From Burkholderiales bacterium (lineage in GTDB: Bacteria > Pseudomonadota > Gammaproteobacteria > Burkholderiales > JAEUOS01), in the NCBI GenBank assembly GCA_046160545.1, contig JBJXGS010000193.1, positions 13,487-77,486 of the forward strand: a DNA stretch of 64,000 nt. The letters run 5' to 3'. A program made the position numbers and the translations under genes. Below the pieces are notes generated by a model. That model was given only the letters and a program-made list of their open reading frames with translations, had not been told where the DNA came from and ran no database searches. Of the stretch, positions 57,525-64,000 are shown piece after piece; the stretch's first letter is position 1; the number at the start of each line of letters is the position of its first letter.

Positions 57525-58124
57525 TTACCGGTTCAGGAACATGAGGCGCTCGCGGAGTTCGCCGTCGGCACGTCGTGTAACGTCGACGCGCGACACACGC
57601 CCCTGGGCCACGTCGGTGAGAGCGAAGGCATCCGGGCTCATGCGCAGCGCACGCATGACCAGCATCTTCAGGCTGCCGGCATGGCCGACGATGGCGATGC
57701 GCTCGGTGCCTTTGTTGTGCGCGTCATCCAGCGTCGCCTGATAGAACTCGGTCACGCGCGCCCACAGGGCCATGAGGTTCTCGCCGCCCGGCGGAGCCCC
57801 ATGCACGATGTCGGACCGCCAGCGCCGGGTTTCTTCGCTCGGCAGCTCTGACCACAGGCGCCCCTCCCAGCTTCCGAAGTCGAGTTCGCGCAATCGCTCG
57901 TCGACACCGGCCAGCGCACCGCAGGTCGCATCGACCAGGTGCCCGGCCAGCCGCGCACAGCGCGTGGCCGGACTGGAGTAGAAGGCCATGCCGCGCGGCA
58001 ACTGCGCCGCAATGTGCGGTACGCGTGCGGCGAAATCGTGCTCATCGAGCGGCACGTCGGTGCGGCCATAGCAGGTACCCTCGACAACTGCGGGACGCGT
58101 ATGACGGATCAGGAACACTTCCAT
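57525..58124 (-). CDS. Histidine phosphatase family protein (alpha-ribazole phosphatase CobC-like)
   Basis: 199 aa. Starts MEVFLIRHTRPAVVEGTCYGRTDVPL (RHG-type motif) and contains the IVGHAGSL second His. Confidence 0.75.
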   Translation of the reverse strand: MEVFLIRHTRPAVVEGTCYGRTDVPLDEHDFAARVPHIAAQLPRGMAFYSSPATRCARLAGHLVDATCGALAGVDERLRELDFGSWEGRLWSELPSEETRRWRSDIVHGAPPGGENLMALWARVTEFYQATLDDAHNKGTERIAIVGHAGSLKMLVMRALRMSPDAFALTDVAQGRVSRVDVTRRADGELRERLMFLNR

Positions 58125-58282
58125 GCTCAGCCGCCACCGGCAGTCAACGTGGCAAGGGCGCCAGGCAGGGGCAGGCGCGAACCGAAATTCCGCACCAACT
58201 GGCGTGATCCGGCGGGCATCACAGTGATTTTCATGGTGCGCATGACCGTGAGGATTCTACGAGGTGTGCTCTACCGGCTGGC

Positions 58283-58288
58283 TATAAT
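58283..58288 (+). promoter_or_regulatory. Consensus -10 hexamer TATAAT upstream of argS
   Basis: Read directly from the sequence, 36 nt upstream of the ATG at 58324. No good -35 element was seen. Confidence 0.35.
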
Positions 58289-58323
58289 TTGCAATTGCCC
58301 CCGCGCGTCACAGCGCCCCTGTC

Positions 58324-60048
58324 ATGCTCCCCGCCATCCGCGCGCAGATCACCGCCAGCATCGAGAACGCGCTTGCCACCTTGGGTGCAACACAGCACCC
58401 GCCGGTGGAACTTGAGCGGCCCAAGGTCGCCGCGCATGGTGACCTGGCCTGCAACATCGCCATGCAGCTGGCCAAGTCGCAGAAGCGCAACCCGCGCGAG
58501 CTGGCGACCCTGCTGGTGGCCGCCATCGCGGCCGCCGGCGACTCGCCGATCGCGTCCGCCGAGGTCGCCGGGCCGGGCTTCATCAATCTGCGCATCAAGC
58601 CATCAGCCAAACTCGCGGTCATCGGCGCGGCACTCGCTGCAACGGACTCCTTCGGCAATTCACGTGCGCCGGACGCGGCACGGCTGATGGTCGAATTCGT
58701 CTCCGCCAATCCGACCGGCCCGCTGCACGTCGGTCACGGTCGCCAGGCGGCGCTGGGCGACGCCCTGTGCAACCTGTTCGCGGCGCGCGGGTTCGAAGTG
58801 ACGCGGGAGTTCTACTACAACGACGCCGGAGCGCAGATCGCCAACCTGGCGCTGTCGGTGCAGGCGCGCTGCCGCGGCTTGTCGCCGGGCGAAGCCAACT
58901 GGCCTGCTGCGGCCTACAACGGCGACTACATCGCCGACATCGCAGAAGACTATATGGCGAAGAAGTCGGTCAAGGCGGCCGACATCGAGGTGACCTCCGC
59001 GGGCGACATCGAAGACCTGGATGCCATCCGGCGCTTCGCCGTCGCCGCACTGCGCCGCGAGCAGGACCTCGACCTTACGGTCTTTGGTGTGCGCTTCGAC
59101 AATTACTATCTCGAATCGTCCCTCTACACCGAGGGCCGGGTCGATGCCGCGGTGGCCGCCATGAGCGCCTCGGGCAAGACCTACGAAGAGGGCGGCGCGC
59201 TGTGGTTGAAGAGCACCGACTTCGGCGACGACAAGGACCGCGTCATGCGCAAGTCCGACGCGACCTACACCTACTTCGTCCCCGACGTGGCCTATCACAT
59301 CGCCAAGTGGCAACGCGGCTTTACGCGCGTGGTCAACGTGCAGGGCTCGGACCACCACGGCACCATCGCGCGCGTGCGCGCCGGCCTCATGGCCTCGGGC
59401 GCGGGCATCCCGCCGGGCTGGCCCGACTACGTGCTGCACAAGATGGTCACGGTCATGAAGGGCGGCGCCGAGGTCAAGATCTCCAAGCGCGCCGGTTCGT
59501 ACGTGACCCTGCGCGACTTGATCGAGATGTCCGGCGGCGGGCTGGGCGAGGCCGAGCTCGCCCGTGGGCGCGATGCGGTGCGCTTTTTCTTAGTCTCGCG
59601 CAAGGCCGATACCGAGTTCGTCTTCGACGTCGATCTGGCGCAAAAGGCCGGCGACGAAAATCCGGTCTATTACGTGCAGTATGCGCATGCGCGCATCTGC
59701 AGTGTGTTGTCCTCCTGGGACGAGCGCTGGCGCACGCGCACAGCCGAACTGGCTGCGGCCCCGCTTGACGCCCTGGCCCACGAGCGCGAGCTGGCATTGG
59801 CGCAAAAACTGGGCGAACTACCCGGCGTGATCGAGACCGCGGCGCGCGACCTGGCGCCCCACGACCTGGCCTTTTATGCACGCGACGTTGCCGCCGCCTT
59901 CCACGCCGTCTACAACGAGCGCGAATTGCGTGTCCTCAGCGCCACCGAAGAGGTTAAACTCGCCAGGCTTGCCCTCTACGCGGCAACCGCCCAGGTGATT
60001 CGCAACACGCTTGCCAAGATCGGCGTATGCGCCCCCGAGCACATGTGA
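58324..60048 (+). CDS. argS: Arginine--tRNA ligase
   Basis: 574 aa. Contains [14 protein letters not shown] (HIGH) and KMVTVMKGG (KMSK-like). Confidence 0.95.
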   Translation: MLPAIRAQITASIENALATLGATQHPPVELERPKVAAHGDLACNIAMQLAKSQKRNPRELATLLVAAIAAAGDSPIASAEVAGPGFINLRIKPSAKLAVIGAALAATDSFGNSRAPDAARLMVEFVSANPTGPLHVGHGRQAALGDALCNLFAARGFEVTREFYYNDAGAQIANLALSVQARCRGLSPGEANWPAAAYNGDYIADIAEDYMAKKSVKAADIEVTSAGDIEDLDAIRRFAVAALRREQDLDLTVFGVRFDNYYLESSLYTEGRVDAAVAAMSASGKTYEEGGALWLKSTDFGDDKDRVMRKSDATYTYFVPDVAYHIAKWQRGFTRVVNVQGSDHHGTIARVRAGLMASGAGIPPGWPDYVLHKMVTVMKGGAEVKISKRAGSYVTLRDLIEMSGGGLGEAELARGRDAVRFFLVSRKADTEFVFDVDLAQKAGDENPVYYVQYAHARICSVLSSWDERWRTRTAELAAAPLDALAHERELALAQKLGELPGVIETAARDLAPHDLAFYARDVAAAFHAVYNERELRVLSATEEVKLARLALYAATAQVIRNTLAKIGVCAPEHM

Positions 60049-60064
60049 GGCTGCCATTCCAAAC

Positions 60065-60760
60065 GTGAATCCGCCCAAGAACGCGCGCTCCGGACGTGCT
60101 GGTGCTCCCCGGCGCGGCGGTACGCTTTTGGGCATCGTCATCGGCCTGATGCTGGGGCTCATCATCGCTGCCGCCGTCGCGCTGTTCCTCACCAAGGGCC
60201 CCAAGCCCTTCGCCGACAAGACCGCGCGCGCGCCCAGCGGGGCCGTGCCCAAGGGTTCCCCCAACGACGATCCCAACAAGCCGCTCTTCGGCAAGGATGC
60301 CAAGTCCCATCCCTCGCAAGCGACGCCAAGGGATGGCAAGGACGGCGAGAAACGCTTCTCTTTCTACGACATCCTGCCGGGCAAGGAGGAGGTGGTCGAC
60401 CCGCGCAAGGCGGCGCCGGTGGCCAAGCTCGAACCGAAGGGGGAATCCCGCGCGGATACCGCCAAACCGGACCCTTCCCGCGCAGACCCGGCCAAGCCGG
60501 ATGCCAAGGCTCCTGCCGGCGAGCGCTATTTCCTGCAGGCCGGTGCGTTCGCATCGGCGGGCGACGCCGACAACCAGAAGGCCAAGCTGGCGCTGATGGG
60601 CTTCGAGGCGCGCGTCGAGTCGATCGACATCGAGAACAAGGGTACCGTGTACCGGGTGCGCATGGGGCCCTACCAACGACTCGAGGACATCAACCGCATT
60701 CGCGCGACACTGACGCAGAACAACGTCGACGCCGCGCTGATCCGCGTGCGCGAACCCTGA
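60065..60760 (+). CDS. SPOR-domain cell-division/peptidoglycan-binding protein
   Basis: The GTG at 60065 gives an N-terminal TM helix (LLGIVIGLMLGLIIAAAVALFL) and a Lys/Pro/Asp-rich linker. The C-terminal SPOR domain is YFLQAGAFASAGDADNQKAKLALMGF...YRVRMGPY. Confidence 0.8.
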   Translation: MNPPKNARSGRAGAPRRGGTLLGIVIGLMLGLIIAAAVALFLTKGPKPFADKTARAPSGAVPKGSPNDDPNKPLFGKDAKSHPSQATPRDGKDGEKRFSFYDILPGKEEVVDPRKAAPVAKLEPKGESRADTAKPDPSRADPAKPDAKAPAGERYFLQAGAFASAGDADNQKAKLALMGFEARVESIDIENKGTVYRVRMGPYQRLEDINRIRATLTQNNVDAALIRVREP

Positions 60761-60792
60761 TCGCGATCACGTTTATGCCCACGGAGGTGGTC

Positions 60793-61449
60793 ATGCGTAA
60801 TTTGGTCAAACTGGCTGTTGCACTCCTCATGACCGGATTGGTTGGCGCTTCGGCCGCGCAGGCGCAGGTGCGCACCAGCCTGCCTTACCGCACCATCGAT
60901 CCGCCGTTGGCGCCGGTCTCCGGGGTGCTCGGCGACAGCCCGCGCGACAAGATCGAGGTGATCCAGTTCTTCTACTACGGCTGCCCGCATTGCTTCGACC
61001 AGCAGCCGCTGATCGAGGACTGGCTGGCCAAGAAGCCGGCGGATGTCGAATTCCGCTACATCCCGGCGCTGCGCGACGACAAGTGGCTGACCCTGACACG
61101 CGCCTACTTCGCGCTCGAACACCTCGGTGAGGCGATGCGACTGCACCGGCCGATCTATGACGTGATCAACTTCGACAGCGTCAACCTCGCCGAAGAAGCG
61201 CGCCTGATCGACTGGGTGTCGCGCAACGGGGTGGATCGCGCACGCTTTGTCGAGGCGCTCAATTCAGACCAGACGCGCGCCAAGGTGGAGGCGGTGCGCA
61301 AGCTTTCCAACGACTACAACGTGCGCGCCACGCCGACCCTGGTGGTGGCGGGCAAGTACCTGTTTGCCAGCGGGCAGGCCGGCAGCCATCACGAGGCGCT
61401 GCGCCTGCTCGAACAGTTCATCGAGGTCGCGCGACGCGAGAAGCGCTAG
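60793..61449 (+). CDS. dsbA: Thiol:disulfide interchange protein DsbA, copy 1
   Basis: It has the signal peptide MRNLVKLAVALLMTGLVGASAAQA and the active site FFYYGCPHCF. Confidence 0.88.
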   Translation: MRNLVKLAVALLMTGLVGASAAQAQVRTSLPYRTIDPPLAPVSGVLGDSPRDKIEVIQFFYYGCPHCFDQQPLIEDWLAKKPADVEFRYIPALRDDKWLTLTRAYFALEHLGEAMRLHRPIYDVINFDSVNLAEEARLIDWVSRNGVDRARFVEALNSDQTRAKVEAVRKLSNDYNVRATPTLVVAGKYLFASGQAGSHHEALRLLEQFIEVARREKR

Positions 61450-61492
61450 CCATTCTGCACGCGCGCCGCTGCAATTTCCCGAAAGGACAGCC

Positions 61493-62146
61493 GTGAAATA
61501 CAACCGCAGAACATTGATCGCGGCGCTGACCGCAGGCGCGGCCCTGCCGCTCGCTCCGCTGGCACGCGCGCAGCGCCGCGAACCGGACGCCGGCATCGAC
61601 TACCGTGTACTCGACCCCGTGCAGCCGACAGAAAGCGGGTCCAGGATCGAGGTCATGGAGTTCTTCTGGTACGGCTGCCCGCATTGTTACGCCTTCGAGC
61701 CACCGCTGAGCGCCTGGGTCCGCAAGCTGCCCGCCGATGTGGCCTACCGGCGTCTCCCGGCACAGTTCAATCCGACCTGGGCGCAGCATGCCAAGCTCTT
61801 TTACGCCCTGGAGGCACTCGGACAGGTCGAACGACTGCACAAGAAATGCTTTGACACCATCCACATGGACCGCCGCGCGCTGGTGCAGGACGCCGACATG
61901 ACCGAATGGGCGGTATCCAACGGCATCGATCGCGCACGCTTCACCGAAGCCCTCAACTCGGCCGAAGTAGCAACCAAGATGTCACTGGCGCGCCAGACGC
62001 TGATCAACTACCGTATAGACGGCGTGCCGGCGATGGCCTTGAACGGCCGCTTTCTCACCTCGCCCTCGATTGTCGGCAGCCACGAGGGCTGCCTGCAGGT
62101 GCTGGACTTCCTGATCGTCGAGGAACGCAAGCGCAAGCGCGCCTAG
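61493..62146 (+). CDS. DsbA-family thiol:disulfide oxidoreductase, copy 2
   Basis: The GTG at 61493 is preceded by AAAGGA. The N-terminus is VKYNRRTLIAALTAGAALPLAPLARA and the active site is FFWYGCPHCY. Confidence 0.85.
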   Translation: MKYNRRTLIAALTAGAALPLAPLARAQRREPDAGIDYRVLDPVQPTESGSRIEVMEFFWYGCPHCYAFEPPLSAWVRKLPADVAYRRLPAQFNPTWAQHAKLFYALEALGQVERLHKKCFDTIHMDRRALVQDADMTEWAVSNGIDRARFTEALNSAEVATKMSLARQTLINYRIDGVPAMALNGRFLTSPSIVGSHEGCLQVLDFLIVEERKRKRA

Positions 62147-62165
62147 GCGGTCTGCGCGCGCGGGC

Positions 62166-62375
62166 TCAGCCGCCCGCCTGCGCGCGCTGCCGGATCGATA
62201 CCCACACCCGCTCGCGCGCAGCGTCGTCCATGCGCGACCAGCCGGCGATCTCCTCGAGAGTGCGCAGGCAGCCGCTGCACTTTTCTCCGGCCGCATCAAG
62301 CCGGCAGATGCCGATGCACGGTGACGCCACGGGCAGGACGGGCGCCGCGCCACCGACAGGCGGACTGGTAGCCAT
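62166..62375 (-). CDS. DUF1289 small cysteine-rich protein
   Basis: 69 aa counted from the ATG at 62375. Contains the SPCIGICRLD...CSGCLRTLEEIAGW motif. It lies 2 nt downstream of the dehydrogenase stop. Confidence 0.7.
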   Translation of the reverse strand: MATSPPVGGAAPVLPVASPCIGICRLDAAGEKCSGCLRTLEEIAGWSRMDDAARERVWVSIRQRAQAGG

Positions 62376-62377
62376 CG

Positions 62378-63310
62378 TCAGTAGCCCTGTGCCCGGTCGA
62401 TCAGCCCGGCGACGGGCAGACCGCGCTCGAGGTGACGGATCTTGTCGGCGATCTGCCGCATCGAGACCTCGAGCACGGTTTGCGCAGAGATGTGCGGCGT
62501 GATCGTGATGCGCGGGTGACGCCAGAGCGGAGAATCCTCCGGCAGCGGCTCGGTCGGAAAGACATCCAGGGTCGCACCGTCCAGATGTCCGTTGTCCAGG
62601 AGCGCAATCAGGTCGGCCTCGACTAAGTGTGCGCCGCGGCCGATGCCGACCAAATGGGCTCCGGCCGGCAGCTGCAGCAGCAGATCGCGATCCAGAATGC
62701 CGCGCGTGGCCTCGGTCAGGGGCACGAGGCACACCAGGAGATTGCTCGCTGCCAGGAACGCCGCGCGCTCGTCATGCCCTGCATGGCAGGCCACCCCTTC
62801 GATGACATGTCGGCTGCGACTCCAGCCGTGCACCGTGAAACCCATCCCGACCAGAAAACGCGCGACCCGTTCGCCGAGCACACCCAATCCCATGATGCCG
62901 ATCGAGAAGGACGCGCGCGGTGCGAAGGGCAGCTGCCGCCACTGCGAGCTTGCCTGCTGGCGCGCATATTCGTCGGTGCGGCGCAGTGCACGCAGTGCGC
63001 ACCAGGCCACGTATTCCTCCATCTGCTCGCCCATGCCGGCGTCGGTGACGCGCACCAGCGGCACGCCGGCCGGCAGCGCGCGACCATCAAGGATGGCGTC
63101 GACCCCGGCGCCCAGATTCATGATCGCCTTCAGGCGCGACTGCCCGGAAAAGAAGTCGGCGGGTGGCTTCCAGCACACCGCGTAATCACTCGATGCTTTA
63201 TCGCCGTCTGCAAAGCGATGCACGCGCGCCTCCGGCAAGGCGGCACCCAGTGCTTCGGCCCACGCAGGCGCGTCCTCGTCGTCGGCGAAGAAGAGAACGT
63301 CCATCGCCAA
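62378..63310 (-). CDS. D-isomer-specific 2-hydroxyacid dehydrogenase (GhrA-like glyoxylate/hydroxypyruvate reductase)
   Basis: 310 aa. Contains the NAD-binding segment IGIMGLGVLGERVA and the catalytic-region segments GRGAHLVE and TPHISA. Confidence 0.85.
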   Translation of the reverse strand: MAMDVLFFADDEDAPAWAEALGAALPEARVHRFADGDKASSDYAVCWKPPADFFSGQSRLKAIMNLGAGVDAILDGRALPAGVPLVRVTDAGMGEQMEEYVAWCALRALRRTDEYARQQASSQWRQLPFAPRASFSIGIMGLGVLGERVARFLVGMGFTVHGWSRSRHVIEGVACHAGHDERAAFLAASNLLVCLVPLTEATRGILDRDLLLQLPAGAHLVGIGRGAHLVEADLIALLDNGHLDGATLDVFPTEPLPEDSPLWRHPRITITPHISAQTVLEVSMRQIADKIRHLERGLPVAGLIDRAQGY

Positions 63311-63312
63311 AC

Positions 63313-64000
63313 CTAGTCGGCGTCGAAGACGATCAGAAGTGCGCCCTCTTCGACCTGATCGCCGGCGGCACAGCGGTACTCGCGCACACGCCCGGCGCGT
63401 GGCGCCGTCAGCGTGTGCTCCATCTTCATCGCTTCCATGACCAGGAGTGCCGCCCCCTTGGCGACCGGCGTGCCGGCGGGCGCGACCAGCGACAACACCT
63501 TGCCCGACATCGGCGCTGCGAACGATGCGTCGCCAGCGTCGTCATCGTCATCGCCCACGAGCATCGGGTCGAAGCGTTCGAGATCCAGGCGCCGGCCGGA
63601 AAAAAACACCGTGTGCCGCGCGACGTCGCGCGCCACACCAGCCGCAACCTGCACATCGCCCCAGGAGAAAACAGCGCGTCCGTCCACGCATTTCCCTTTC
63701 AAGGCCCCGCAACGCTCGCCGATGCTGAGCATCATCCCGCTGCGGGTGTACTCGAGCAACGCCGCAAAGGTTTCCTCACCGCTGCGGTAGGTGAGGGTAC
63801 GACGCGCGGTCAGCGACGGGCGCCAGCCATCCGTGGCCGCCCACGGGTCTGCGCCATGCTGCGGCGCCTCGGCCGCAAGGTCGGCCAGGACCGCCGCCGC
63901 CACCGCTTCGACCGGCGTGGGAAGGCCGGGCAGCAGCTCCGCGCGGTTGCGCTCGATGAGTCCGGTATCGAGTTCGCCACCCGCGAAGGCGCGCGAGGTG
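63313..64000 (-). CDS. Biotin-dependent acyl-CoA carboxylase alpha subunit (methylcrotonyl-/acetyl-/propionyl-CoA carboxylase type). Only the C-terminal part is in the window.
   Basis: The reading frame is open to the window end. The C-terminal biotinyl domain carries VMEAMKMEH. The upstream portion reads ...GGELDTGLIERNRAELLPG. Confidence 0.85.
   Translation of the reverse strand, partial: TSRAFAGGELDTGLIERNRAELLPGLPTPVEAVAAAVLADLAAEAPQHGADPWAATDGWRPSLTARRTLTYRSGEETFAALLEYTRSGMMLSIGERCGALKGKCVDGRAVFSWGDVQVAAGVARDVARHTVFFSGRRLDLERFDPMLVGDDDDDAGDASFAAPMSGKVLSLVAPAGTPVAKGAALLVMEAMKMEHTLTAPRAGRVREYRCAAGDQVEEGALLIVFDAD

Overview
This is a 64-kb chromosomal window from a high-GC Gram-negative bacterium. 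Gene content fits a betaproteobacterium (Rhodocyclales/Burkholderiales-like): metK, an SAH riboswitch, ahcY and metF; a Bug/TctC binding protein; a PEP-CTERM protein; dapF-DUF484-xerC; hslVU. That taxonomy is inference only. About 65 protein genes are tightly packed, and many are translationally coupled through ATGA/GTGA overlaps. I found no rRNA, tRNA or CRISPR array. Most of the window is housekeeping: ilvA, ttcA, cca, slt, metF, ahcY, metK, two lipid A acyltransferases, dapF, xerC, rlmI, hslVU, argS and dsbA. Five regions stand out. (1) 22.8-29.2 kb holds a signalling/envelope module I cannot assign to a described system. It contains a membrane Ser/Thr kinase with a large periplasmic region, two secreted CsgG/LpoB-fold-like proteins in the same operon, a convergent class III adenylate cyclase-FHA fusion, and a divergent tail-anchored coiled-coil protein. 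(2) 31.6-31.7 kb holds a clear SAH riboswitch upstream of ahcY, with an expression platform made of two mutually exclusive terminator-like hairpins. (3) 42.2-45.3 kb is a lower-GC islet. It is bounded by an insertion/deletion scar (truncated MAPEG gene, IS3-family remnant, truncated VOC gene) and carries a methyltransferase, a TauE/SafE permease and a PUA/SRA-like-HNH nuclease that looks like a solitary modification-dependent restriction enzyme. (4) 45.6-50.8 kb is a zinc-starvation cluster: zur, a ZrgABCD-like importer, a COG0523 GTPase and a cysteine-poor DksA2-type paralogue. (5) 55.2-57.5 kb is a copper-associated cluster: DUF2946, an MbnH-like di-haem enzyme with no MbnP partner, and PCu(A)C. 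The many long antisense ORFs in the six-frame track are high-GC artefacts and were rejected. All family assignments come from motif recognition by eye, not database searches.
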